64,000 nt of DNA from Atractiella rhizophila. Lineage: Eukaryota. The stretch is taken from assembly GCA_021432655.1 (NCBI GenBank), contig MU271186.1:62001-126000 (forward strand), read 5' to 3'. Every line of letters starts with the position of its first letter. The stretch's first letter is position 1. Below are positions 52,514 through 64,000 of the stretch, in pieces. The notes beneath the pieces are model-generated. The model did no database searches and was not told where the DNA came from. It saw nothing but the letters and a program-made list of their open reading frames with translations. The position numbers and the translations under genes are program-made.

Positions 52514-53753
52514 TCACAAGGCAGCAATAACGTTTACACGTTCACGGCTGCCACAGGGTACGGCCTCCCCGCATCGAGGTATCTACTACACAGTTTTTGC
52601 AGCCGCCTTCATTGGCCAAGTTGCATCTACTTGCGAAGACATCATCTCCCGTCGCTGCCTCGAGAATGGCCCTGTTCACTTCAAATTGCTAGGATTTATA
52701 CTTCTAACGATGCTCGCCTTGTGGAGTTTGAGAGGGTACCATGCAAACTTGGACAAGATTATGATGGACAAAAGGTTTAAGAACTCGGAAAGAAACAAGA
52801 CTGGGCTGAGGGATGGTGCGTCATTCACAACAGCGTTGCGTCAAAATTGACAGAGGCAGCAAGCCGTATCCACGTCACTTGTTGGGACCATCAACAGATT
52901 CATGTCCCAAGTAATCGATAACCTTCGCCCACGAACACGGCCGTCTCAGCTTCTCACCTCCGGTGGAGACAGCAAGCTATCTGTCAACTATGGGGCTTTG
53001 TCTCATCTCCATCACCAAAGAGCCGAAAGTTGGTTTTCGGAGCATCCTCAAGCTTCAGGTGATGACGTTTCTCCGCCTCTTATCACTTTGGACGACATGC
53101 AACAGACAACTGTCGAAACCGTGCACATAGACTCCGAAAGCCTCCCTCCCTCGCCCCCAACGGAGACTCTGGTTCAGAATCTCGATGTTGAACGGTCAGG
53201 GACCCAACAGCAGTGGCTTTCGGACTCTAAAGAAACGTGACCAAGGAAAAAATCTCAGAGAAGAATATTTCAGCAGTGTCTCTTCACGGGGAAGCGCACC
53301 GGTGGCTGCCACGATGGGAACCCTTACAGATCCAACTCAGGAGGGGTGACCCACTCTCATCAGCAAAATATCTCTCAAGAATCCCCGACGATTACGATTT
53401 CTTCATCCTCTCCGAGGTACGAACGGCACCGCTGCCTGTCCCCAACACCGTGCGAAGAAGGAGCAAAGGTATTGCCTGTACCATCGGACGAAGAGGAGGA
53501 AGACTTTGTGTCGACTGAAGAGGAAGCGAGCTTCACAGCCTTTCTGCAGCCAACATCAACCTTTTCTACTGCGTCAACGTCACCAGTAACATTGCAGCCG
53601 TCGAGAAAAAGAGTGACATATGTGCGGATGATGGATGGACGGCTCGTAAGGAAGCTTTCCACCATCGAAAGTCTAGGTGATCTGGAAAGAAGGAGGAGGA
53701 AGAAAGTCTGCCGTTTGATGAATGAACACTTTGCAGGTCCGGATCCTCTCTAA
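51352..53753 (+). CDS. Hypothetical membrane protein (~4 TM) with disordered termini
   Basis: Introns 51381-51430, 52816-52863 and 53195-53245 join the ORFs in frame. Hydrophobic segments at ~52360-52735. Confidence 0.65.
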
Positions 53754-53971
53754 TCATTTCGCATTCATTCTCAGAGTCCATTGCCCTTACAAACGCCATT
53801 ACTTTCTAAACATCTGAATCATTCGAGGCCTGTTGCAACTACGCATATCACTTACTGTACATGCTACATAGAAGTTGTCCTCGAGTCGTGTAATCCCCAT
53901 GGCACAAATACTTGCATGGTACATATTTTATACTGTGTTAAATCTAGTTAAGTCGTTGTGGCTCGACTGGG

Positions 53972-54160
53972 NNNNNNNNNNNNNNNNNNNNNNNNNNNNN
54001 NNNNNNNNNNNNNNNNNNNNNNNNNNNNNNNNNNNNNNNNNNNNNNNNNNNNNNNNNNNNNNNNNNNNNNNNNNNNNNNNNNNNNNNNNNNNNNNNNNNN
54101 NNNNNNNNNNNNNNNNNNNNNNNNNNNNNNNNNNNNNNNNNNNNNNNNNNNNNNNNNNNN
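53972..54160. other. Assembly gap (N run)
   Basis: Run of n characters. Confidence 1.
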
Positions 54161-54194
54161 ATATTCCTATTCTCTTAACTAACACTTTGTAAGT

Positions 54195-57100
54195 TCACGC
54201 TCGCTCGGATGAGAGCTTCAGCTGGAAATTTGTCTGATTCGGCATCGATATCGCAAGCTGCAATGTTGATGTGAACTTAGAAGTTAGCCGCGATGGACGG
54301 ATAAACTTGGAGCATCCTCCCATGATCTTCCCGTGTCCCGAGTATTTCGCCTGTAGGGCCTCAAACTTCAAACATATATTAGTATCCATCAACGTCCCCA
54401 AAACACCCCTGTTGCTCAAGGAAACCATGAACATTTTCCACTGCGTCTCCAACGGAGGTTCTTCCCACTGAGGGATCAAGCTTTTCTTGAGAAGAATGAC
54501 TTGCTCCCTCCTCGTCCTCACGTCTTCTAATGCTTCGTTTACCATCTTCAGCCTCTCAAGATTCACCCCTCCTTCCCACGAGAATCTCCTGGCAAGGAGT
54601 TTCAGCCTGTTGAGGTGTTGGTGAGTTTATTTCCCACAAGCGGAGGAGTGCGAACGAACGTGTTTCCTTGTTCCATCCTCTTCTCAAAGACTGAGTCATG
54701 TGCGTCAATCAGATAATCTCTGATGTAGACAAATCCTCTTGGGAGGAACTCGAAACTCTTCCACCACACCTGTCTTAGATGAAACATGGGGAGGTGGTCT
54801 CGCATCTGTTCATTACCTCATTGGGGTTAAGATGGGGATGGTCGAATTTTCGCTTGGACCCACCTTGGTACCCCAAGTCAGGTAGGCTGCAACTGCATGT
54901 ACCATCCCATCAACCTTGATTTTCATCTTGTCATGCAGACCTCTCATTCTCTCCAAGACTGGCGATGCCTCGGATCCTTGGGATGCCAAAAGCAAGACAT
55001 CCGTCAAACAAGAGAACATGTAGAAGATCGAGACTGCCGTCCTCGCAAGGTCATCCACAGTGACCGAGAGCGATTCGTCTCCCCACTCCTGCGTTCTTCG
55101 CAATGTAGGGCTCTGGTGGAACTCGGGAGGTCGGTGAGAATCATATTCCTTCTTTGACGATTCTTCCACTACCTGCTCCTTGTCGTCTGGGTCAATTTGT
55201 ACGACCTCTATCGTTGTTGCCGATTTTGGCGGTGCAAAGGTATCACAAGCTGAGAGGGAGGAGTCGTGGTAGAAGGATGTGGATGAACGCCAGTCCTGTC
55301 GATCGCACCACTTGTTGAACATGGACGATAGAAGGTGGAAAGCTGTCAGAGGAGGAAGTTGACGGGCAGTGTACACTGCGGTAGTCACGGATCAAATATT
55401 ATAAGGGTCACAAAGAGCACCCTCACCGCATACACAAGTCATTCGCTCAATGACCAAACTGGTAGCCCATACTGCGTAGTTATTGGCGACAGTGTATTGG
55501 TAGAGCGGAGGAGGAATGCGTACCTAGTCGATGATGCTCCTTTAAGCTTTGTGGACGAGGCACTGCGTCCTTTCCTGGCCAAGTCGCGAACATAGACGCG
55601 GGGATAGAGGGGTCCGCTTTCAGGACCTCAAGAATGATATTGTCCGATCTGTGACCACAGGTAAGATCGTGGATATGGCCAATAGGACAGACACACATAT
55701 AAGGCAACCTCTCACCCCGTATAGCCAAATCCGCATCTCTTGACAGAAGACGTTCGAAAAGTTTCGCACGCTCCATCTCATCCTTGAAATATCGTTCCTC
55801 CGAGTTCGCATTCGAATCTTCGTCTGCCTGTCCTTGGAATATGATTTCTTGCTCAAGGAATGTTTGACGTTCTTCTGACGAGGCAGAAGATGGAGGGCTC
55901 CTGGGAGAGGTGGAGCGGCTGCTTCGGGAAGTAGAAGACGTGCCCGCTGTGATCGAAGTTGAAATGGTTGGAGGACCAGTGGGAGATCCCACTGGTATTC
56001 GAAGGAAATGTTCGAATCCCCAACGTGCATAGTCATCGCAAGCACCTTGTGCTCCACTGTCAAACGCCGAAAATGAGAGGGGTCAGCAGCATACCTTTGA
56101 CATAACAGGAATTGATGACCCCCAGATAAAAATCCACAGTTTCCTTACTCGGTTGGATCATTCCACCTTGTTCGTTCGCGTAGATGAACTTCTCCCTCAA
56201 CCGCACTATTTCGTCCGCCGCTCGCTCTCGTGCCTCTCCAAACTTCCAGATATCCTCTTCTGTTGTCCAGAGAGAGCTAGGGATTGAATTTGCCAGAGCG
56301 GGACCGATGATTGTCTGTTGCGTATTGTGTCAAAACCCGAACGCCTCACGCAGAGAATCAAAGAACGCACAGAGTGGGAAGTGCATTTCGTACCTCGAGC
56401 ACAGTAGACGAGAATGCGTAGCTACGATGGAGAAACCGTAAATAATGTAGGTAACGTAAAAATGAAGGACAAACTTTCTCTAAGGTCGAAAGATCTGGCG
56501 AGTGTATGTTCCGTCCACATCTTTCGAAGGCAAGGAAGAGGTTTGGATATTGCAGTGCATGGTAGTTACCAATACTAGGTTTCTGAATATCTAGTCCCAC
56601 TATCATACCCGATCCACAACATCAATATTAGTCTCCACAGAATCTTCAAAGGGAGCGGGAGAACAGAAGAGGAAAGACGGACTTTGTAACAGATCAGAGA
56701 GTAGGTACGAGTTCATCTCAACCTTAATCAGCTGATTTTCAGACGTGCTGGGAACTCCAGTCATCATGTTCTCGAGGAGCTTCTCAAACTTTGCTTGGTG
56801 CCTGCGATATTTTTCGTCCTCTGGTCGGACAACAGTTCTGCGTGCATTCCCTTTACTTGAACCCACATCACTGGTGGTACCGCTGGTCCCGTAAACGCTC
56901 TTTGCTTGCTCAATCCTACAAGCAGACTTCAGCATGATTCGGTTTCGATGCATTACGCAAGCGGACGGCACACCTCTTTCCAGTCTTTGGGCCAGTTTTC
57001 TTCCGTTCATATTCGTAAGTGCATCTGTCCCGAGAATTATTTCAACTTATCCCTGTTACTGTAGGTCCGGGCGACAAACTCTTTACCGCGGTCTCGACAC

Positions 57101-57223
57101 CATTGACACGTCGTCTCTCCTATTCGGCATTCTTCTCATCAGGACTATATGTGTTTTGGAGAAAGACGAGAATGCACGCACCCTCCCCTTTCTTGCAGCC
57201 TCGCCGTCCTCGTCTGCAGGCAT
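54195..57223 (-). CDS. Large multi-exon hypothetical protein
   Basis: Consecutive minus-strand ORFs separated by ~50-nt GT-AG introns (YHALQYPNLFLAFE, AAYLTWGTK, EFLPRGFVYIRDYL). No family recognised; ends approximate. Confidence 0.6.
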
Positions 57224-57667
57224 CGCACGACTGTTTAGCCATCGTTGTTCGTGCTTTGAGCTAAGAAGTCGGACAGTTCGTTGAGGTTGATATTCAGGCC
57301 ACCAAGGGAGGCGCAAGACTGATGACTCGCTCTGGGAGATTAGGAACGAAGAATGCAATACGCATGCAGAAGTGTTCAGAATGATGTTCCAGGATCAGGG
57401 AACGGCTACAGCTTGGGAGCAAGGGCTTACAAAGCGTCGCAGGTGTTAAGAACAATCTTTAGGAGGAGAGTCAAAGACTGATGGAATCGTAATGAGCAGT
57501 CAAGTATTATTGATGGTTGTCAAGAAACGTACATCCAAGTCTTCAGTTCCAGCATGTGCGGAAATTTGACAACCGCCAAAGGACCATCACGTGATTCAAC
57601 CTTGTTGATTCTTTTGCTTTGCAGATTCCTTTAGTTGCCAGTGAGACCCATCAAAGGGTACAGGCTC

Positions 57668-59377
57668 ATGCGCTTCAGTTTTGCGGCGTTTCCAAGGGTA
57701 CTGAAGCGTATTACGCGAAATATGGAATCAGATCCATCCCTCGACAATCTCTCTCGCGACGAGTTGATCTCTACAGTACGGTCACTGCAGAGTCAGCTCA
57801 CACAGCTCCAAAATCAAGCCGCATTGCCTTCTGCGTCAGAGAATGCATTGCAAAACAGTCAGGTGGAGAAGGAGAAGCCTTATTACCCTTCCCACCATCC
57901 CCAGTACATTCGCACGAAAATTGCCCTCCTCTTCTCTTATCAAGGGTCACACCACACAGGTCTCGCGTATACTCCGATGCAAAACAAAAAACCGACCGTG
58001 GAAGAAATGTTGCTTCGGTCGCTCCTCAAATCCAAGCTCGTCGACCCGGTTTACGCGGACAATGGGACAATGGATCTTCAGCGAGTGTTGGAGGGATGTG
58101 AGTGGGAAAGGTGCGGAAGGACGGACGCAGGTGTGAGCGCGGCGGGTCAGGTGGTGGATCTTATGATTTATACGAGGAGACGGAAGCTCGCTGGCTTGGA
58201 TTCGAGCCAAATGGCAGAACCGGAGCACGTCCCGTATCCTCTCATCCTCAACAAGCTTCTCCCACCTTCGATAAGGGTTCATGCCTGGTCTGAGGTTTCA
58301 GATAACTTCTCCTCTCGCCATTCGTGCACGTTTCGGCACTATAAATATTTCTTCACCACCTCTCTACAACCGCCACTCTTCTCCTCCTCGTCATCATCAA
58401 TGACTGACCAAGTCTACTCATCGATGTTCTCTTGTCTACCTCCCTCGACAGAGCGCACGATGTCCCTATCCATACCTCTCATGCGTGAAGCTGCCTCTTG
58501 TTTTGTTGGCACACACGACTTCCGGAACTTCTGTCGAGTGGATGCCTCAAAGCAACTCACTCATCACATCCGCAACATCTACCGTGCCAGCATTGACCCA
58601 ATCGACGAAAGCGCCGGCTTATATTGCTTCAACCTCGTTGGCTCTGGATTCCTCTACAACCAAGTTCGGCACATGATCGCGCTGCTCTTCCTCGTCGGCC
58701 AGGGCCTCGAACAACCAGATATCGTGAAGCGCCTGCTCTATACTTCCCACGCTCCGCCTCTTCCACCCGAATTTTTCACCGTCGTTCCAGGCATGCGACA
58801 ATTCACAGAAGCATCTGATTCTAGCCTCATACCCGCTGAGAGAACGGAAGGGGATAAGGAGGGATGGGAGAAGATAGATAGGAAGCCAAACTACGAGATA
58901 GCGGATGGAGAACCGCTCATGCTTTGGGCTTGCGGGTTCGACGAGAAGGATGTGCGTTGGCGATTCGATGCAAGTGAACCCGATCTAGAAATAGCCAAAG
59001 GAGAAGTTGTGGGAGTGCCATGGAGGACAAGACCGCTCTATGCCCAGATGCATAATCGTGCAACTGCTTTAAAGATCGAGGGTTTGTTAGCGGATCATGC
59101 TTTACTGGCGTTCCTGGATTCCATTCATGCCTCCACCAATGCTTCTGCAACGACGGTTCAAGAGGCAGCGAACCTGAAAGGACAGTATCTCCAGAAATCA
59201 TTAGCTAAATCGTCGTTCCAAAAATATGTCCCGCTACTAGAAAGGAACAGGGGAGAAGATTTCAGTGTTGTCAACCGGCGCTGGATGGAGGGAAAAGGGA
59301 AGAAGAGGTTGGAAAAGGTTAATGCTAAGAAGGCTCAAAAGTCGTCTGATGCGGAGACGGCGAAGGGTGATGCTTGA
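57668..59377 (+). CDS. PUS3: tRNA pseudouridine 38/39 synthase (Pus3/Deg1), intronless
   Basis: KIALLFSYQG, RCGRTDAGVSAAGQV, FSSRHSCTFRHYKYFF, GTHDFRNFC and GSGFLYNQVRHM. Confidence 0.93.
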   Translation: MRFSFAAFPRVLKRITRNMESDPSLDNLSRDELISTVRSLQSQLTQLQNQAALPSASENALQNSQVEKEKPYYPSHHPQYIRTKIALLFSYQGSHHTGLAYTPMQNKKPTVEEMLLRSLLKSKLVDPVYADNGTMDLQRVLEGCEWERCGRTDAGVSAAGQVVDLMIYTRRRKLAGLDSSQMAEPEHVPYPLILNKLLPPSIRVHAWSEVSDNFSSRHSCTFRHYKYFFTTSLQPPLFSSSSSSMTDQVYSSMFSCLPPSTERTMSLSIPLMREAASCFVGTHDFRNFCRVDASKQLTHHIRNIYRASIDPIDESAGLYCFNLVGSGFLYNQVRHMIALLFLVGQGLEQPDIVKRLLYTSHAPPLPPEFFTVVPGMRQFTEASDSSLIPAERTEGDKEGWEKIDRKPNYEIADGEPLMLWACGFDEKDVRWRFDASEPDLEIAKGEVVGVPWRTRPLYAQMHNRATALKIEGLLADHALLAFLDSIHASTNASATTVQEAANLKGQYLQKSLAKSSFQKYVPLLERNRGEDFSVVNRRWMEGKGKKRLEKVNAKKAQKSSDAETAKGDA

Positions 59378-59792
59378 CATTTGGAAAACTTCAATATTTA
59401 ATGGATGCTTGTCCGCTTCTCCGTAACATTTCTTGCCATCTTGCTGATCAAGATAATTGAGTAGGCCCATTGCATTCTTGAGGGGACTATGGAAGAATAG
59501 AGGTTAATTTGTTATTCTGTTTCATTTTGAGATCACTCCATATTTACATTGAGGGTATGCAGGGCTTGTTACAAGGAACAAATGTGGTAGCAACATGTTG
59601 AACACAGTTCTAAATAGTCCAATCCAAACAGGACATGAGACTAGAGGTGGACGCAGCAAGCAAAATGAAATGACGAAAACACTTCCAAAAAAACGATTCA
59701 AAAGTAAAGAATCTAATAGCAGACTCGAAGCGAAAACAAAAATGTCTAATGCTAGCGAAGTGGCTTCAATCAAGCCTCCTTTTCTTTGATTG

Positions 59793-62208
59793 TCATCGTC
59801 CCTCCTGTTCTCTGAGACCAGAATCGGCGCGCCGCTTCTTGTTCCCCTCCAATCCGGCAATACCAGGCTCAAGGGGAGGAGTGGCATCGAGAATGCTCCT
59901 CAAACTGGCTTCTGCACCTCTAGGGCTCGTCGGCGTGTTCCTCCCACTTCCGAACCCATTCGAATTTCTTGAACCTGGTCTCGAAGCCCCTGTGTCGAAC
60001 GTTGGACTGGCGACGCGGAAGAGCGCTTGAGCAGGAGAGAGCGTAGGAGGGGGAGAGGAAGCGCGGTGAGAAATCGAGCTGTGTTGTGGAGGGGGAGAGC
60101 TGGCTCGTCGAGCGAGTATTTGAGAGGCGGTAAGAGTCGGGTCGAGCGTTGAAACTGAGGGGAAAGCGGGCAATGGTAAGGAAGAGAGCTTAGGGGATGG
60201 GAAGGGAGATGTGGGAGAGTTGACGAGACGTGGTGTCGAAAGAGCATGTGAAAGGTTGGATGTGTGTGATGAGAGCGCCGGAGACGGGTGTGCTGTAACT
60301 GGTGGCGTATTGAGAAATGGTCCAGTCGAATCGTACATAACAGGAGAAGGAAGGAGATCTAGTCTCTCACCATTGGGATCCTGTGCAAAAGCTGAATCCA
60401 TCCACTGTCTATCTGTATTAATCGTGGGAGAGGAGGCGGTGGGATCCGTGACGCTTCTCAGCGCTCGGCTCGACGGGATCCCCAATCCAACATTGGGATA
60501 ATCTGCTGAATTCTCGAACCTTGGAAGGCCTAATCCGACACCAGATATCATGTGCTCCCAGTTTTCTCCTGGTCCTTCGTAGCGGCTGAAGGACCAAGAA
60601 TCTGCAACCTTGCTGTCCGCAACACCGACAGGGGTCTCAGTGATCACCTTAAGGGTTTCGTTCGAGTCTGGAGTGCGAGAGGCAAAAAGAACTCTAACGG
60701 TACGATAGAGGTAAATTTTTGGCGGGCGTTGCCGTCGAGGAGGATTGTTTGGGTCATGGGTGGAAGAACGAGGGCGAGAAGAAGCGGATTCAGGATGTGC
60801 GGGGGAATTTGAGACGCTTCGATTGGAGTTCGAACGCTGCTTGAAGGCCGATGATCGAGTTCCACGAGCAGGCGGGGAGCAGAAGTACAGATGGACGGCA
60901 TATCGAAGACTTTCCTTCGTAATCTTGTCCCCATCTTGTTGCTGCACTTCCAGTCCCGGTGTGTGAGGCGGGGAGCCTGAGTTGGAGGTTGGTACAACAT
61001 AGCTTTTCTGTCGAAGGAATGTCTTCGAGCCGCTGGGCATTGAGGTGAGATCGTAAGGCACGAGAAAAACTTTGACTGGTGTTCGATTCGGATTCTTGAC
61101 GATGAGTTGGAGTTGGCCCTTAGGAGGAATCTGATAGCCCGGAAACGAAGGCGCCGGTTTTAAGCTAGAAGAAGACGTAGAGTTTGACAAAGAGATATCG
61201 CTGCCCAATGCCTCGTCAAAATAATGCTGCTCGATATCGATCGTGCCGACATATGGCGTCCCGTTGCCATCTTCAGTATTGTAAAACTGCGCTCCAAAGT
61301 CCAAATTAAGGTGAGGTGGACACTTCAATCCCTTTGGAACATTTGAGCCAGTCCCAATTACGCCGATATCGACTTGAAACGGAAGAGGTTGAGAGGGAGG
61401 AACAGCCGACATCCGTCCTGACAGGAGAGAATTCTCGTAAGACCCCACAAAGGATCCAAACGAGCCAGATCCTATCGGTGAACCCGGAGAAGGATTAAGG
61501 AGTCCACTTGACGAGTAACTTCTCCCCAAGCCTCGAGAGGTGGGTGAAACGGAAATAGACAGGGAGGAGTGAGAACTTCTTGTAGACAAAAGCGACGTAA
61601 CAGATGTTCGGCGTCTCTGACGGACTGGTGAGAGGCGACTGCCATGAAAGGGATCAGATGTGGCTTCTGGAGAAGCAGTGATAGGATTTTGACGCAATGC
61701 GTTTGCTGGCCCATCGAGAGGGGTGAGCTTGAGCTTGACGATCCGATGTGTGACGGTGGCAAATAAGGGTCGTTGCTGGTGTTGGAATAGTATGACATTG
61801 GTGACTTTCGAGGTATATTGATCGGTTTGGAGGAGGGTGAATCGCTTTCGGAGTCTTGGGAGGAGGAGGTATAAGCGGATTTGGAGAGAGGGCTCGGGTG
61901 GATGGGAGAAGCTAGACCTGCGGAAGAAGCTGTGATAATCAATCAGCTCTGACTCTGCTTCCTATTTATTTAATGCAAGCCCCAACCAGAGCTGTAGGCT
62001 CCACACGACCCAAGAAATTTCATAACCAAACGGGATGAGATAGCTCACCTCGCCTGATGGAATTTGAGGGTGGGGAAATCTGGATGCCCAATTTACGCAT
62101 GACATCCCTCCCGATCCCAGTCGTAGGATCATTCTCCTCCACACCTGCATTCCTCACTTCCAATCCTTCCAAATGTCTAGTTTTCACAGCTTCATTTGCT
62201 TGCACCAT
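59793..62208 (-). CDS. FAM214/ATOS-like protein (DUF4210 + Chromosome_seg domain), with an apparent frameshift near 61716
   Basis: SFVGSYENSLLSGRMS, KCPPH, PYVGTID, GQLQLIVKNPNRTPVKVFLVPYDLTSMP..KTFLRQK and LRYAVHL. Confidence 0.85.
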
Positions 62209-62760
62209 CCCTGTTTAATTCCGTCCAAACGTGAAAATGGTCATCAGCGTCAAAGTCGCAACAATGGCGAGCTCAGCCGAAAGCTTACCGTTGAAGATTG
62301 TTGAAACACTGTCGCAGAACTAATGTCGGTACTGTGCTCCCCTGAGGTTGGAGCAGCTGTGCAGGCGTCGAGTGGAGGGGCATGAGGGTTTGGTCGCTTT
62401 ATAAGGCTTTGTCACTTCGCTTCAACTTCCGATTCACTGGCTCCGGCGAATTCGGCACAAACCAGGCGGTTTGAGGAAGGATCAGGAACGACTTTGAGCC
62501 AGCAAACGGATCAGAATAGGTTGTATAGGGTCGTATTTTGCATATACACAGAGACATTACATGGGTGACGGCGAATCCAAGTCCTTTAACTAGTGTACAC
62601 GAGCTTGAAGAGAAAAAGATATAAAGTATGACTGACGTCCAGAAACAAGGCTGGCTGAATTGTCCACTGAGAGAAATTTAAGGACAGATGGGGGTACCGA
62701 CGACAAATCGTTGCTATAACCATTGAGCATCACACTGAATCATGAACTCGAATCTAAGAT

Positions 62761-64000
62761 CTAATAGCTCGGAGGCCGTGTCGGTCGTGCAGGCTCGTAA
62801 GGATTTGGCCAGGTCCTAGTAGAAACATAGGATGAAGGAGTTCCTCCAACACCCAAAGTGGCCTGAGATCCTTGTCTCTCCTGATGGGCTTGAGATGGAT
62901 CTCGAGAGGAAATATGTGAAGGAAGACCGGGAAGGGTGGCGTCGCGTCCATGGCCGTCCATCGAGGCTGGCGGCTCGCCAGGAGGAGCAGAATAATGGCT
63001 ATCTGCACTATAGACGGAAGAGCGAGTATCCTCTTGTCTCTCCTTATCCCTCATAGCTCCCCCTCCAACCAGTGCTGCTGATACACCGCCTGGTGGCGGT
63101 GGTGGCGCCACCGAAGACGGAATCGAAGGAGGAGTACCGGGATTACTAGACTTGGGGAGAGCCGCGATCTGCTCGTAGGGATTGGCGACGGGAATAGTGG
63201 GGGCTCGGGAAGGGGCTAGAGAGGGAGCTTGAGGAGGAGATCGAGTTCCAGGAGGCGGAGGACCATAAGGAGTGTAGTAGTTAGAACCAGGGGGTCCAGG
63301 AGGGGGAGCGTAAGCGCCAGCATAACCGTTAGGCATTCCCGGAACCTGTGGACGAGGCATGGGAGGGGGAGGGCCTTGCGCTTGACCGTCGTACATTGAC
63401 CTGAACGGTTCTCGAGAGCTGGCGGTGCTGCCTGACTGCTGTCTCCGTGGACTCGGTTGGGCAGCGTATGGATCATACGGCGCCTGATTCCCATATCCTC
63501 TCGATGGGCTCTGGTTGGGTCTTCCAGCATTCGGACCCCGACCGTATCCCATCCCGACACCCGACACCCTCTCCTCGTCATCCGACTCCCTCATCGCAGT
63601 CAGAGGGACCTGTTCGGCATTGTTCCCATACTCCGCAAAAGCAGGCAGGTCCTTCCCATTCTTACTCTTGCTCCTTCCGAAGCTGTTTCCGAAATTGGGG
63701 ACGTAACCCGTGTTGGCTCGAGCCTTTTCAGCCGCAATGGCGTCCTGTCGCATGTTTGAAGCGAAGGCGGGATCCATGCTTGGCTTCCACTTTTCGTGTT
63801 CGGGATTTCGGTTCGAACGTTGACGAATACAACATCTCCCGCACCCGAAGAAGCAACCGGAGAGGGAGAGGAGGATGGCGGCTGTGAGGGTGAGCCAGAT
63901 GGCGTTCCCAAGCTGCGCGTTGACCGTGGTGCTGTCTCCTGTGTCCGAACTATTGATTCGGGACTTGGCGATGGAGAAGGTGATGATGTCGAAGATGAAA
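62761..64000 (-). CDS. SUR7/PalI (Rim9-like) membrane protein with a Pro-rich tail, 5' partial
   Basis: Frame is open to the window edge: FIFDIITFSIAKSRIN..AQLGNAIWLTLTAAILLSLSGCFFGCGRCC, then a long Pro-rich tail. Confidence 0.8.
   Translation of the reverse strand, partial: FIFDIITFSIAKSRINSSDTGDSTTVNAQLGNAIWLTLTAAILLSLSGCFFGCGRCCIRQRSNRNPEHEKWKPSMDPAFASNMRQDAIAAEKARANTGYVPNFGNSFGRSKSKNGKDLPAFAEYGNNAEQVPLTAMRESDDEERVSGVGMGYGRGPNAGRPNQSPSRGYGNQAPYDPYAAQPSPRRQQSGSTASSREPFRSMYDGQAQGPPPPMPRPQVPGMPNGYAGAYAPPPGPPGSNYYTPYGPPPPGTRSPPQAPSLAPSRAPTIPVANPYEQIAALPKSSNPGTPPSIPSSVAPPPPPGGVSAALVGGGAMRDKERQEDTRSSVYSADSHYSAPPGEPPASMDGHGRDATLPGLPSHISSRDPSQAHQERQGSQATLGVGGTPSSYVSTRTWPNPYEPARPTRPPSY

Noticed and set aside
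53238..53240. Single in-frame TGA between two same-frame ORFs (readthrough or selenocysteine?)
   Set aside because: Removed by a plausible 51-nt intron, 53195-53245.
53875..54192. ORFs containing long X runs
   Set aside because: Artifacts of the N gap.

Overview
Gene-dense eukaryotic DNA with many ~45-55 nt introns (mostly GT-AG, some GC-AG). The gene content is fungal and looks basidiomycete; the species cannot be determined from the sequence. About 28 protein-coding loci. Most are housekeeping or recognisable families: START-domain protein, SR-like RRM protein, GT90/CAP10, UTP11, RING-H2 E3, LDAH-like hydrolase, GNL1-like GTPase, COG3, MTHFR, ALG14, CSN2, Zn2Cys6 TF, RPS5, CFD1, ORT1-like carrier, PUS3, FAM214/ATOS and PalI. 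There is a ~9 kb gene-poor tract (34.6-43.5 kb) with degenerate duplicated fragments, two tandem duplications and one N gap. The standout is the gene at 18684-20502. It appears to fuse an N-terminal WIP/verprolin-type WH2 actin-binding motif, a Cdc123/R2K-type ATP-grasp domain and a Met-less C-terminal PAT-like GNAT acetyltransferase, making it a candidate actin-directed modifying enzyme. All exon boundaries were inferred by eye and no database searches were run.
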